Part shown: piece after piece, positions 23,904 through 37,993 of the stretch
How positions within the stretch are numbered: the first letter of the stretch is position 1
How the letters are laid out: each line of letters starts with the position of its first letter
Assembly (NCBI RefSeq): GCF_016903815.1
Contig: NZ_CP069973.1
DNA from: Escherichia coli
GTDB lineage: Bacteria; Pseudomonadota; Gammaproteobacteria; Enterobacterales; Enterobacteriaceae
Direction: 5' to 3' (one strand)
Length of the DNA stretch: 64,000 nucleotides
The notes under the pieces: model-generated
What the model was told of the DNA's origin: nothing
What the model saw: the letters and a program-made list of their open reading frames with translations, nothing else
Databases searched by the model: none
Translations under genes and position numbers: made by a program

Positions 23904-25478
23904 ATGTTCTCTACACTCCGCCGCACTCTATTTGCGCTGCTGGCTTGTGCGTCTTTTATCGTCCATGCCGCTGCACCAGATGAAATCACCACCGCCTGGC
24001 CGGTGAATGTCGGGCCACTAAACCCGCACCTTTACACGCCTAACCAGATGTTCGCCCAGAGCATGGTTTATGAACCATTGGTGAAATATCAGGCAGACGG
24101 TTCGGTGATCCCGTGGCTGGCAAAAAGCTGGACTCATTCTGAAGATGGCAAAACCTGGACCTTCACCCTGCGTGATGACGTGAAATTCTCCAACGGCGAA
24201 CCGTTTGATGCAGAGGCGGCGGCAGAAAACTTCCGCGCAGTGCTCGATAACCGTCAACGTCACGCCTGGCTGGAGCTGGCAAACCAGATTGTTGATGTCA
24301 AAGCACTCAGTAAAAACGAGCTGCAAATCACCCTGAAAAGCGCCTACTATCCTTTCCTGCAAGAACTGGCCCTGCCCCGTCCTTTCCGTTTTATCGCACC
24401 CTCGCAGTTTAAAAACCACGAAACCATGAACGGAATTAAAGCGCCGATTGGCACCGGGCCGTGGGTTTTACAGGAATCGAAACTGAATCAGTACGATGTC
24501 TTCGTCCGTAACGAAAACTACTGGGGCGAAAAGCCAGCGATTAAAAAGATCACCTTTAACGTGATCCCGGACCCGACTACCCGCGCGGTGGCGTTTGAAA
24601 CTGGCGATATCGACCTGCTGTACGGAAACGAAGGGTTATTACCGCTCGATACCTTCGCCCGCTTTAGCCAGAACCCGGCTTACCACACCCAACTGTCACA
24701 GCCGATCGAAACCGTGATGCTGGCGCTCAATACCGCCAAAGCCCCCACCAACGAGCTGGCCGTACGTGAAGCTCTTAATTACGCGGTAAACAAAAAATCG
24801 CTGATTGATAACGCGTTGTATGGCACCCAGCAGGTCGCCGACACCCTGTTTGCTCCTTCTGTACCCTACGCCAACCTCGGCCTGAAACCGCGCCAGTACG
24901 ATCCGCAGAAAGCGAAAGCGTTGCTGGAAAAAGCCGGTTGGACGTTGCCTGCGGGCAAAGACATCCGCGAGAAAAATGGTCAGCCGCTGCGCATTGAACT
25001 GTCGTTCATCGGCACCGATGCGTTAAGTAAATCGATGGCGGAAATCATTCAGGCTGATATGCGCCAGGTTGGCGCAGATGTCTCGCTGATTGGCGAAGAA
25101 GAGAGCAGTATCTATGCTCGTCAGCGCGACGGTCGTTTTGGCATGATTTTCCACCGCACCTGGGGCGCGCCATACGATCCACACGCCTTCCTGAGTTCAA
25201 TGCGCGTACCGTCGCACGCTGATTTCCAGGCACAGCAAGGATTAGCCGACAAGCCGCTGATTGATAAAGAGATCGGCGAAGTGCTGGCAACCCATGACGA
25301 AACGCAACGTCAGGCGCTGTATCGCGACATTCTGACCCGTCTGCATGACGAGGCGGTTTATCTGCCTATCAGTTACATCTCGATGATGGTGGTATCAAAA
25401 CCGGAGCTGGGTAACATCCCCTACGCGCCGATCGCCACCGAAATTCCGTTCGAACAGATTAAACCGGTGAAACCTTAA
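23904..25478 (+). CDS. nikA: periplasmic nickel-binding protein NikA
   Basis: 524-aa track ORF with signal peptide. Confidence 0.95.
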
Positions 25479-26418
25479 TGTTGCGTTACGTATTACGCCG
25501 CTTTCTGCTGCTGATCCCGATGGTGCTCGCCGCCTCGGTGATCATTTTTCTGATGCTGCGCCTCGGCACCGGCGACCCGGCGCTTGATTATTTGCGTCTG
25601 TCTAACCTGCCGCCGACGCCGGAGATGCTGGCCTCTACACGCACCATGCTGGGGCTGGATCAGCCGCTGTACGTCCAGTACGGCACCTGGTTGTGGAAGG
25701 CGCTGCATCTTGACTTTGGTATCTCATTCGCCAGCCAACGCCCGGTGCTGGACGATATGCTGAACTTCCTGCCCGCCACGCTGGAACTTGCAGGTGCCGC
25801 GCTGGTATTAATTCTGCTCACTTCCGTGCCGCTCGGTATCTGGGCGGCGCGCCATCGCGACCGTCTGCCGGATTTCGCCGTACGTTTCATCGCGTTTCTC
25901 GGCGTGTCGATGCCTAACTTCTGGCTGGCGTTTTTACTGGTGATGGCGTTTTCGGTGTATCTGCAATGGCTACCCGCGATGGGCTACGGCGGCTGGCAGC
26001 ACATCATTTTGCCTGCGGTTTCCATTGCCTTTATGTCGCTGGCGATTAACGCGCGACTGCTGCGCGCCAGTATGCTGGACGTCGCCGGTCAGCGTCACGT
26101 CACCTGGGCGCGGCTACGCGGCCTGAATGACAAACAGACCGAGCGTCGTCATATTCTGCGCAATGCCTCGCTGCCGATGATCACCGCCGTGGGGATGCAC
26201 ATTGGCGAACTGATTGGCGGGACGATGATTATCGAAAACATCTTTGCCTGGCCGGGCGTCGGGCGCTATGCGGTGTCGGCGATTTTTAACCGTGACTATC
26301 CGGTGATCCAGTGCTTTACGCTGATGATGGTGGTGGTTTTTGTGGTCTGTAATTTGATTGTTGATTTGCTCAACGCCGCGCTGGACCCGCGCATTCGTCG
26401 TCATGAAGGAGCCCACGC

Positions 26419-26422
<4 letters not shown>
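25478..26422 (+). CDS. nikB: nickel ABC transporter permease NikB
   Basis: 314-aa track ORF. Confidence 0.95.
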
Positions 26423-29225
<2,803 letters not shown>

Positions 29226-29427
29226 GCCTATTATTGGGTCCTTTGGTGAACGATCAACAAAGGGCCACTAGCACACCTGATTCCTCTCTAAATACCCTAT
29301 CCGAACCTTCTCTTTTGTAACGTTCTAAATATATTCCTAAAAACCTTCAATTCATTGTGACCACAAGTTTTTCTTCGTTTTTTCGTATGAAGATACTGTC
29401 ATTAAAATAATAGAAAAGGATTTTACG

Positions 29428-32400
29428 ATGAGCGGAAAACCGGCGGCGCGTCAGGGCGACATGACGCAGTATGGCGGTAGCATTGTCCAGGGTTCAGCCG
29501 GGGTGCGCATCGGTGCCCCCACCGGCGTGGCCTGTTCGGTGTGCCCCGGCGGGGTGACGTCCGGCCATCCGGTCAATCCGCTGCTCGGCGCGAAGGTCCT
29601 TCCCGGCGAAACCGACCTTGCCCTGCCCGGCCCGCTGCCGTTCATCCTCTCCCGCACCTACAGCAGTTACCGGACAAAAACGCCCGCGCCGGTGGGGAAC
29701 CTCGGCCCCGGCTGGAAAATGCCTGCGGATATCCGCTTACAGCTGCGCGATAACACACTGATACTCAGTGATAACGGCGGCAGAAGCCTGTATTTTGAGC
29801 ACCTGTTTCCCGGTGAGGACGGTTACAGCCGCAGCGAGTCACTCTGGCTGGTGCGCGGCGGCGTGGCGAAACTGGATGAAGGTCACCGGCTGGCCGCACT
29901 CTGGCAGGCGCTGCCGGAAGAGCTTCGCCTGAGTCCGCATCGTTATCTGGCGACGAACAGTCCGCAGGGGCCGTGGTGGGTACTCGGCTGGTGTGAGCGG
30001 GTGCCGGAGGCGGATGAGGTGCTGCCTGCGCCGCTGCCGCCGTACCGGGTACTGACCGGGCTGGTGGACCGCTTCGGGCGCACACAGACGTTCCACCGTG
30101 AGGCTGGCGGCGAAATCACCGGCGTGACGGATGGTGCCGGGCGTCACTTCCGGCTGGTACTGACCACGCAGGCGCAGCGGGCAGAAGAAGCCCGGCAGCA
30201 GGCCTCTTCCGGCGGGACGGAACCGTCCGCTTTTCCTGATACCCTGCCGGGTTACACCGAATATGGCCGGGACAACGGCATCCGTCTGTCTGCCGTGTGG
30301 CTGACGCACGACCCGGAATACCCGGAGAATTTACCTGCCGCGCCGCTGGTGCGCTATGGCTGGACGCCACGCGGCGAACTGGCGGCGGTGTATGACCGCA
30401 GCAATACACAGGTGCGCAGCTTTACTTACGATGATAAATACCGGGGCCGGATGGTGGCGCACCGTCACACGGGCCGGCCGGAAATCCGTTACCGTTACGA
30501 CAGCGACGGGCGGGTGACAGAACAGCTAAACCCGGCAGGCTTAAGCTACACGTATCAGTATGAGAAAGACCGCATCACCATCACCGACAGTATGGACCGC
30601 CGTGAAGTGCTGCACACGCAGGGCGAAGGCGGGCTGAAGCGGGTGGTGAAAAAGGAACACGCGGACGGCAGCGTCACGCAGAGTCAGTTTGATGCGGTGG
30701 GCAGGCTTAAGGCACAGACGGATGCCGCAGGCCGGACGACTGAGTACAGCCCGGATGTGGTGACGGGACTCATCACGCGCATCACCACACCGGATGGCAG
30801 GGCATCGGCATTTTACTATAACCACCACAACCAGTTAACGTCAGCCACCGGGCCTGACGGGCTGGAAATACGCCGGGAATATGATGAATCCGGCCGTCTG
30901 ATTCAGGAAACCGCACACAACGGCGATATCACCCGCTACCGTTATGATAATCCACACAGTGACTTACCCTGCGCAACGGAAGATGCCACCGGCAGCCGGA
31001 AAACCATGACATGGAGCCGTTACGGTCAGTTGCTGACCGTCACTGACTGTTCCGGTTATGTAACCCGTTATGACCATGACCGTTTTGGTCAGGTGACGGC
31101 GGTGCACCGCGAGGAAGGGCTGAGTCAGTACCGCGCATACGACAGCCGTGGACAGTTAATTGCGGTGAAAGACACGCAGGGCCATGAAACGCGGTATGAA
31201 TACAACGCCGCCGGTGACCTGACCGCCGTCATTGCCCCGGACGGCAGCAGAAACGGGACACAGTACGATGCGTGGGGAAAGGCCATCCGTACCACACAGG
31301 GCGGTCTGACGCGCAGTATGGAATACGATGCTGCCGGACGGGTCATCCGCCTGACCAGTGAAAACGGCAGCCACACCACCTTCCGTTACGATGTACTCGA
31401 CCGGCTGATACAGGAAACCGGCTTTGACGGCCGCACACAGCGTTATCACCACGACCTGACCGGCAAACTTATCCGCAGCGAGGATGAGGGGCTGGTCACC
31501 CACTGGCACTATGACGAAGCAGACCGCATCACACAGCGAACGGTGAATGGTGAAACCGCAGAACAGTGGCGGTACGACGAACGCGGCTGGCTGACACAAA
31601 TCAGCCATCTCAGCGAAGGCCACCGGGTGACGGTGCATTACGGGTATGATGAGAAAGGCCGCCTGACCGGTGAGCGCCAGACGGTGCATCACCCGCAGAC
31701 GGAAGCACTGCTCTGGCAGCATGAAACCAGACACGCTTACAACGCGCAGGGACTGGCGAACCGCTGTATACCGGACAGCCTGCCCGCCGTGGAATGGCTG
31801 ACTTACGGCAGCGGCTGGCTGGCAGGCATGAAACTCGGCGACACACCGCTGGTGGATTTCACCCGCGACCGCCTGCACCGGGAAACGCTGCGCAGCTTCG
31901 GCCGTTATGAACTCACCACCGCTTATACCTCTGCCGGGCAGTTACAGAGCCAGCACCTGAACAGCCTGCAGTATGACCGCGATTACACCTGGAACGACAA
32001 CGGCGAACTCATCCGCATCAGCAGCCCGCGACAGACCCGGAGTTACAGCTACAGCGACTCCGGCAGGCTGACCGGCGTCCACACCACCACCTCAAATCTG
32101 GATATCCGCATCCCGTATGCCACGGACCCGGCAGGCAACCGCCTGCCCGACCCGGAGCTGCACCCGGACATCACCCTCAGCATGTGGCCGGATAACCGTA
32201 TCGCCCGTGACGCGCACTATCTTTACCGGTATGACCGTCACGGCAGACTGACGGAGAAAACCGACCTCATCCCGGAAGGGGTTATCCGCACGGATGATGA
32301 GCGGACTCACCGGTACCATTACGACAGTCAGCACCGGCTGGTGCACTACACGCGGACACAATATGCAGAGCCGCTGGTCGAAAGTCGCTATCTTTACGAC

Positions 32401-33615
32401 CCGCTGGGCCGCAGGGTGGCAAAACGGGTGTGGCGGCGTGAACGGGACCTGACGGGCTGGATGTCGCTGTCACGGAAACCGGAAGTGACCTGGTACGGCT
32501 GGGACGGCGACCGGCTGACCACGATACAGAACGACAGAACCCGCATCCAGACGGTTTATCAGCCGGGGAGCTTCACGCCACTCATCAGGGTCGAAACCGC
32601 CACCGGTGAGCTGGCGAAAACGCAGCGCCGCAGCCTGGCGGATGCGCTTCAGCAGTCCGGCGGCGAAGACGGTGGCAGTGTGGTGTTCCCGCCGGTGCTG
32701 GTGCAGATGCTCGACCGGCTGGAAAGTGAAACCCTGGCTGACCGGGTGAGTGAGGAAAGCCGCCGCTGGCTGGCATCGTGCGGCCTGACGGTGGAGCAGA
32801 TGCAAAACCAGATGGACCCGGTGTACACGCCGGCGCGAAAAATCCACCTGTACCACTGCGACCATCGCGGCCTGCCGCTGGCGCTTGTCAGCACGGAAGG
32901 GGCAACAGAATGGTACGCAGAATACGATGAATGGGGTAACCAGCTGAGTGAGGATAACCCGCACCAGCTGCAGCAGCTCATCCGCCTGCCGGGTCAGCAG
33001 TATGATGAGGAGTCAGGCCTGTATTACAACCGCCACCGCTATTATGACCCGCTGCAGGGGCGGTATATCACTCAGGATCCGATTGGACTGAAGGGGGGAT
33101 GGAATTTTTATCAGTATCCGTTAAATCCGGTTCAGTATATAGATTCAATGGGACTGGCATCTAAATATGGACACTTAAATAATGGCGGATATGGAGCGAG
33201 ACCCAACAAACCGCCTACGCCCGATCCAAGTAAGTTGCCAGACATAGCGAAACAATTAAGACTGCCATATCCTATTGACCAGGCCAGTAGTGCGCCTAAT
33301 GTTTTCAAAACATTCTTCAGAGCATTAAGTCCTTACGATTACACACTGTATTGCAGGAAGTGGGTAAAACCCAATCTGACTTGTACGCCGCAGGATGATC
33401 CCCAGTATCCAGGGATGGAGACAAAGACAGCAAGTGATTACCTGCCACAGACAACTTGGCCAACAACTCAATTACCACCAGGATATACTTGTGCAGAACC
33501 CTATTTATTCCCAGACATTAATAAACCCGATGGGCCAGCAACAGCAGGGATAGATGATTTGGGTGAAATTTTAGCTAAAATGAAACAGAGAACATCGAGA
33601 GGAATAAGAAAATGA
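29428..33615 (+). CDS. rhsB: Rhs family polymorphic toxin (PAAR-like N-terminus, YD-repeat core, variable C-terminal toxin tip)
   Basis: 1395-aa track ORF; YD repeats; conserved core end ...[16 protein letters not shown] (DPIGL at 33076-33090); locus position after nikR. Confidence 0.93.
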   Translation: MSGKPAARQGDMTQYGGSIVQGSAGVRIGAPTGVACSVCPGGVTSGHPVNPLLGAKVLPGETDLALPGPLPFILSRTYSSYRTKTPAPVGNLGPGWKMPADIRLQLRDNTLILSDNGGRSLYFEHLFPGEDGYSRSESLWLVRGGVAKLDEGHRLAALWQALPEELRLSPHRYLATNSPQGPWWVLGWCERVPEADEVLPAPLPPYRVLTGLVDRFGRTQTFHREAGGEITGVTDGAGRHFRLVLTTQAQRAEEARQQASSGGTEPSAFPDTLPGYTEYGRDNGIRLSAVWLTHDPEYPENLPAAPLVRYGWTPRGELAAVYDRSNTQVRSFTYDDKYRGRMVAHRHTGRPEIRYRYDSDGRVTEQLNPAGLSYTYQYEKDRITITDSMDRREVLHTQGEGGLKRVVKKEHADGSVTQSQFDAVGRLKAQTDAAGRTTEYSPDVVTGLITRITTPDGRASAFYYNHHNQLTSATGPDGLEIRREYDESGRLIQETAHNGDITRYRYDNPHSDLPCATEDATGSRKTMTWSRYGQLLTVTDCSGYVTRYDHDRFGQVTAVHREEGLSQYRAYDSRGQLIAVKDTQGHETRYEYNAAGDLTAVIAPDGSRNGTQYDAWGKAIRTTQGGLTRSMEYDAAGRVIRLTSENGSHTTFRYDVLDRLIQETGFDGRTQRYHHDLTGKLIRSEDEGLVTHWHYDEADRITQRTVNGETAEQWRYDERGWLTQISHLSEGHRVTVHYGYDEKGRLTGERQTVHHPQTEALLWQHETRHAYNAQGLANRCIPDSLPAVEWLTYGSGWLAGMKLGDTPLVDFTRDRLHRETLRSFGRYELTTAYTSAGQLQSQHLNSLQYDRDYTWNDNGELIRISSPRQTRSYSYSDSGRLTGVHTTTSNLDIRIPYATDPAGNRLPDPELHPDITLSMWPDNRIARDAHYLYRYDRHGRLTEKTDLIPEGVIRTDDERTHRYHYDSQHRLVHYTRTQYAEPLVESRYLYDPLGRRVAKRVWRRERDLTGWMSLSRKPEVTWYGWDGDRLTTIQNDRTRIQTVYQPGSFTPLIRVETATGELAKTQRRSLADALQQSGGEDGGSVVFPPVLVQMLDRLESETLADRVSEESRRWLASCGLTVEQMQNQMDPVYTPARKIHLYHCDHRGLPLALVSTEGATEWYAEYDEWGNQLSEDNPHQLQQLIRLPGQQYDEESGLYYNRHRYYDPLQGRYITQDPIGLKGGWNFYQYPLNPVQYIDSMGLASKYGHLNNGGYGARPNKPPTPDPSKLPDIAKQLRLPYPIDQASSAPNVFKTFFRALSPYDYTLYCRKWVKPNLTCTPQDDPQYPGMETKTASDYLPQTTWPTTQLPPGYTCAEPYLFPDINKPDGPATAGIDDLGEILAKMKQRTSRGIRK
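32701..33143 (+). repeat. Rhs core 3' segment, copy 1 of about 443-bp direct repeat
   Basis: Near-identical to 37551..37993 (same reading frame, a few substitutions). Confidence 0.85.
33091..33615 (+). other. variable C-terminal toxin domain of RhsB (after DPxGL motif), function unknown
   Basis: Sequence after DPIGL is AT-richer and Pro/Tyr/Cys-rich with no recognisable catalytic motif. Confidence 0.7.
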
Positions 33616-34181
33616 AAAGAGCTTTGTTCTTTTTGCTGATGATATTCGTTAGTTTTGGTGTTATAGCTAATTGCGAAACACAAGCTAAAGATCAAGATTG
33701 CTTTACCATTTTCACTAAGGGTACTATTTTTTCCGCGTTTCCTGTCTTAAATAATAAAACCATGTGGAGATGGTATCAGAATGAGGACATAGGTGAGTAT
33801 TATTGGCAAACAGAACTTGGTATATGTAAAAATAACAAATTCACACCAAGCGGGGCGAGACTCTTAATTCGCGTCGGATCACTACGCCTTAATGAAAATC
33901 ATGCAACCAAAGGAACGTTGCAGGAGTTGCTAAATACAGCAGAAAAAACGGCGTTTCTCGGCGATCGGTTTAGAAGTTATATAAGAGCGGGTATCTATCA
34001 AAAAAAGAGCAGTGATCCAGCTCAGTTGTTGGCAGTCCTTGATAATTCAATCATGGTTAAATATTTTAAAGATGAGAAGCCAACTTATGCTCGAATGACA
34101 GCACATCTCCCGAACAAAGATGAGTCTTACGAATGTTTAACAAAAGTACAGCATGAACTGCTTCGTAGTGAAGAAAAATAA
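33612..34181 (+). CDS. putative cognate immunity protein of RhsB toxin tip; has N-terminal signal peptide
   Basis: ATG overlaps rhsB stop (ATGA at 33612-33615); 189 aa; [20 protein letters not shown] signal-like N-terminus. Confidence 0.65.
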   Translation: MKRALFFLLMIFVSFGVIANCETQAKDQDCFTIFTKGTIFSAFPVLNNKTMWRWYQNEDIGEYYWQTELGICKNNKFTPSGARLLIRVGSLRLNENHATKGTLQELLNTAEKTAFLGDRFRSYIRAGIYQKKSSDPAQLLAVLDNSIMVKYFKDEKPTYARMTAHLPNKDESYECLTKVQHELLRSEEK

Positions 34182-34202
34182 AATCTCTTCCTGAGAAAAT
34201 AA

Positions 34203-34340
34203 ATTAACTATTCGAAAAAATATGTTCTTAATGGGTATCCAGGAACACCAGAAGGTCGATTTGGAAAAATGGATTCCGATGGTAAGAATATCATATATTC
34301 TGAATGTAATGTTTTACCCACAACTTTTGAGATTCGATAG
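34203..34340 (+). pseudogene. possible relic of a toxin C-terminal tail (open frame without start)
   Basis: 45-codon open frame ...YSKKYVLNGYPGTPEGRFGKMDSDGKNIIYSECNVLPTTFEIR ending 10 nt before the next small ORF start. Confidence 0.3.
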
Positions 34341-34349
34341 GTGTAGAGC

Positions 34350-34697
34350 ATGAGAAACTCACTAATATTACTTATTATGATATTGTTTACAATATCACAC
34401 TCAGTATTTGGAAAAGAAAATTCAGTGGAAATTTTAGTAAATAGTCGTGAAATGGCTTTGGAATTATCATATGTTTATATTAAATATATATACGGGAAAG
34501 AAAAAGCAGAATTTCAGAAACCATATAGTATTACAGATGACAATAATTGTTGGAAAATCGAGGGAAAACAACCGAAGACGTTAGGAGGAAATTTTACAAT
34601 ACTAATAGCGAAAAAAGATGGGCAAGCGTTGGATGTAATACACAAAATAATCCACTGTTCAAACGATTCAAATATTTTACCAAGGTGTGTTTCATAA
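34350..34697 (+). CDS. small secreted NTF2-like putative orphan immunity protein
   Basis: 115-aa track ORF with signal peptide; paralogous to ORF 36296..36562. Confidence 0.6.
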   Translation: MRNSLILLIMILFTISHSVFGKENSVEILVNSREMALELSYVYIKYIYGKEKAEFQKPYSITDDNNCWKIEGKQPKTLGGNFTILIAKKDGQALDVIHKIIHCSNDSNILPRCVS

Positions 34698-35279
34698 CTA
34701 TTTTGTGTACAATATGACTCTACATATCGACGAAAAAACCACTTGATTTGACAGGAACACATTCAAAAAAATTTCTTTTTCATTTCAGGAGCGATTTTCA
34801 TCTGTTACTTGAAGTATCTGTGAGATTAAGTGACTCCCCCTAACGTCGTACTAAATAGTAATTACTGGCCATACCGGGAGCAGTATTCGGCGCTTCCCAC
34901 ATGCAGCAGAATAACCGCATCAGCGAAGATGTATTGTATTTTTACTATCACAATGTGTACGGACGGTTTATGGAAAAGAATGAACATTAGATACGCGATG
35001 CGGCGGCAGATTACACGGTTATCACTACGATAGCCAATACTGGCTGGTGCATTACCGCCGTGAACAATAGGACGCCGTACTGCTGGAAATTTCTTACCTT
35101 TATGACTCCCCGCACCGCCGTATCGGGAAACGGGAAGCAGTCAAGATGAGGCTGATATAATGTGTGGAATGCCTGAGTATTTTTAGAATAGAGGGTAATA
35201 TGTTTGATAGAATATATCTTGGTGATCGACCAATAAAAAAATTGAATTTGATTTATGGAGCAAACAAATTAGAATTCAG

Positions 35280-35564
35280 GTGAATTTAATCTCAAGGATA
35301 GCCTATGGTACAACAGAATGGAATTTTTATAATAATGAAGACTTAGAAAATGGTTATTTAGTATTTACCGATGTTACTTTCTTTAATATAATACCTAATG
35401 GCTCCATTCCAGATGATTATATAGTTTCAATAATAACAGATAAAGTCAATGTTGAATGTTTTGAATCAACTATAGTTGCTGTTGGTCAAATTCGAAACAC
35501 AAATGTTGGTGACATTGATAATATTGGTGAATGTCAAATTCTCATCAGGTATAAAGACCGCTAG
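35280..35564 (+). CDS. hypothetical small protein, possibly 3' part of a split gene
   Basis: 94-aa track ORF starting at GTG that overlaps the TGA of a 27-codon ORF (35200..35283) in a GTGA junction. Confidence 0.35.
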   Translation: MNLISRIAYGTTEWNFYNNEDLENGYLVFTDVTFFNIIPNGSIPDDYIVSIITDKVNVECFESTIVAVGQIRNTNVGDIDNIGECQILIRYKDR

Positions 35565-35848
35565 ATTGAGAATAAACTCAAAGAAAAAATAATTGAATAA
35601 CCATGTCAGTTATAGACATTTTAGATGGAACGAACCAGAGAAGGTCATGCCTCCGAGCTGGGTTATGTGGACACGGAGCTTTAGCGTAGTGAACTCAACG
35701 AAGCAAGCCGGAAACCTGCCAGCCCTTATCAGCACGTAAGGGACAACAGCGTAGTACGCAGAATAATCCTACCCACGTAGTATGGACACAGGCCTAAGCG
35801 AGGTTCTGGTTTTCAAATTTTTCAGGAGTTAGATGATTGGAGGAACAG

Positions 35849-36214
35849 ATGATAAGAATCGCATTTTTAATAACCAATAAATTTCTTGAGATAGATAGTA
35901 CCACTCTTGCTGGATATGATTTTAGCGGGATGAATCTACATCGTGCCACCCTCAATGGTTATTGTCTTGATGGGGCGAAATTTGAAAAAACTCATTTAAG
36001 AAATGTAATGATTCAACATACATCAACTAGAAATGCTGTCTTTCACAATGCGGCTCTGATGAATGCTATTCTGAATAACTCAGATTTCACTGGAAGTGAT
36101 TGTAGTAATTCAAGGTCAATAGGTGAAAATTTTAAAGCAATAGATAATCATGGGAAAGATATAATAAATGGAAAAGGATTGTCTAATGTTTGCAAAATAC
36201 ATGACAACGTATAA
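35849..36214 (+). CDS. pentapeptide-repeat protein (possible immunity/target-protection protein)
   Basis: Track ORF 35837..36214; ATG at 35849 preceded by ggagg; tandem 5-residue periodicity ATLNG YCLDG AKFEK THLRN ... AALMN AILNN SDFTG. Confidence 0.7.
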   Translation: MIRIAFLITNKFLEIDSTTLAGYDFSGMNLHRATLNGYCLDGAKFEKTHLRNVMIQHTSTRNAVFHNAALMNAILNNSDFTGSDCSNSRSIGENFKAIDNHGKDIINGKGLSNVCKIHDNV

Positions 36215-36295
36215 GAAAATATTATTCAGAACCTATGTGATTGTATCTTTGTTTTTACATACAACACATGGGCGCAGTGTAATAATATTATTATA

Positions 36296-36562
36296 ATGCG
36301 CAAGTATGAATGTGAGGGGAAATACACCGTTAGAAATTTGGTAAAAAATAAAGCTATAGCATTGGAATTAGCTGAGATGTATGTTAAAAATCGTTATGGG
36401 CATGATGCCGCAGAAGAAGAAAAACCATACAAAATCATGGAATTACCAACAAGTTGGATTGTTGAAGGCACCATTGAATCAGACCAAATTGCTGGTAGGG
36501 TTTTTATTATAGAAATAGGCAAAAATGACGGGAGAATTCTAAATTTTGGCCACGGAAAATAA
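36296..36562 (+). CDS. NTF2-like putative orphan immunity protein, paralog of 34350..34697 lacking signal peptide
   Basis: 88-aa track ORF; aligns by eye with the 34350 ORF (ALELAEMYVKNRYG.../KPY.I...W..EG...DG..L). Confidence 0.55.
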   Translation: MRKYECEGKYTVRNLVKNKAIALELAEMYVKNRYGHDAAEEEKPYKIMELPTSWIVEGTIESDQIAGRVFIIEIGKNDGRILNFGHGK

Positions 36563-36666
36563 GTATGTAAGGATAAACAAACATCGTGTGTGCTGATGGC
36601 AGAGTAGGTGGAGGACTCCAGACAGTCAAACGATAGAAAAAGATAGTCTTTATGGAGGTTCCTGCA

Positions 36667-37509
36667 ATGTCAAATACATACCAGAAAAGAAAGGCAAGTA
36701 AAGAGTATGGTTTATATAATCAATGTAAGAAACTAAATGATGATGAATTATTTCGCTTACTTGATGATCACAATTCCTTGAAAAGGATTTCATCTGCCAG
36801 AGTATTACAGTTAAGAGGTGGTCAAGACGCTGTTAGATTGGCAATTGAGTTCTGCTCTGATAAAAATTATATCCGTAGAGATATCGGAGCATTTATACTC
36901 GGGCAAATAAAAATTTGCAAAAAATGCAAAGATAATGTGTTTAATATTTTGAACAATATGGCATTGAATGATAAGAGCGCTTGCGTTCGAGCTACGGCAA
37001 TCGAGTCAACGGCTCAGCGATGCAAGAAAAACCCAATTTATTCACCTAAAATAGTAGAACAATCTCAAATTACTGCTTTTGATAAATCGACTAATGTCAG
37101 ACGTGCTACAGCATTTGCTATTTCTGTTATCAATGATAAAGCAACAATTCCACTATTGATTAATCTGTTAAAAGATCCAAATGGAGATGTCAGAAACTGG
37201 GCCGCATTTGCAATAAATATCAATAAATATGATAATAGTGATATTAGGGATTGTTTTGTGGAGATGCTTCAGGATAAAAATGAGGAAGTCCGTATTGAAG
37301 CAATAATCGGACTTTCCTACAGAAAAGATAAAAGGGTTTTATCTGTTTTATGCGATGAGTTAAAAAAAAATACTGTTTATGATGATATCATTGAAGCTGC
37401 GGGTGAATTAGGTGATAAAACGCTACTTCCTGTTTTAGATACTATGTTGTACAAGTTTGATGACAATGAAATTATAACTTCCGCTATTGATAAGCTGAAG
37501 CGTTCATAG
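36667..37509 (+). CDS. HEAT-repeat (PBS-lyase type) protein, YibA-like putative Rhs immunity protein
   Basis: Track ORF 36652..37509; ATG at 36667 has ggagg RBS and gives 280 aa; repeated D.N..VR..AA.AL motifs. Confidence 0.8.
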   Translation: MSNTYQKRKASKEYGLYNQCKKLNDDELFRLLDDHNSLKRISSARVLQLRGGQDAVRLAIEFCSDKNYIRRDIGAFILGQIKICKKCKDNVFNILNNMALNDKSACVRATAIESTAQRCKKNPIYSPKIVEQSQITAFDKSTNVRRATAFAISVINDKATIPLLINLLKDPNGDVRNWAAFAININKYDNSDIRDCFVEMLQDKNEEVRIEAIIGLSYRKDKRVLSVLCDELKKNTVYDDIIEAAGELGDKTLLPVLDTMLYKFDDNEIITSAIDKLKRS

Positions 37510-37550
37510 CGTGAGTTGCCTATGCACAGTGGGGGATTCCCGCCGGCACG

Positions 37551-37993
37551 GTGCAGATGCTCGACCGGCTGGAAAGTGAAATCCTGGCTGACCGGGTGAG
37601 TGAGGAAAGCCGCCGCTGGCTGGCATCGTGCGGCCTGACGGTGAAGCAGATGCAAAACCAGATGGACCCGGTGTACACGCCGGCGCGAAAAATCCACCTG
37701 TACCACTGCGACCATCGCGGCCTGCCGCTGGTGCTTATCAGCACGGAAGGGGCAACAGAATGGTGCGCAGAATACGATGAATGGGGCAACCTGCTGAATG
37801 AAGAGAACCCGCAACAGCTGCAGCAACTCATCCGCCTGCCGGGTCAGCAGTATGATGAGGAGTCCGGCCTGTATTACAACCGCCACCGCTATTATGATCC
37901 GCTGCAGGGGAGGTATATCACTCAGGATTCGATTGGGCTGAAGGGGGGATGGAATTTTTATGAGTATCCGTTGAATCCGGTTCAGTATATAGA
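37551..37993 (+). repeat. Rhs core 3' segment, copy 2 of direct repeat
   Basis: Matches 32701..33143; DPIGL motif altered to DSIGL in this copy. Confidence 0.85.

Noticed and set aside
34222-34353. Alternative 43-codon ATG-initiated frame overlapping the proposed toxin-tail relic
   Set aside because: Cannot be distinguished from the relic frame by sequence alone; neither is annotated as a confident gene
35600-35800. Retron msr/msd, tRNA-like or group II intron fragment in the GC-rich non-coding island
   Set aside because: No T-loop-like GTTCGA motif, no adjacent reverse transcriptase gene, no recognisable conserved domain; left as unexplained rather than called
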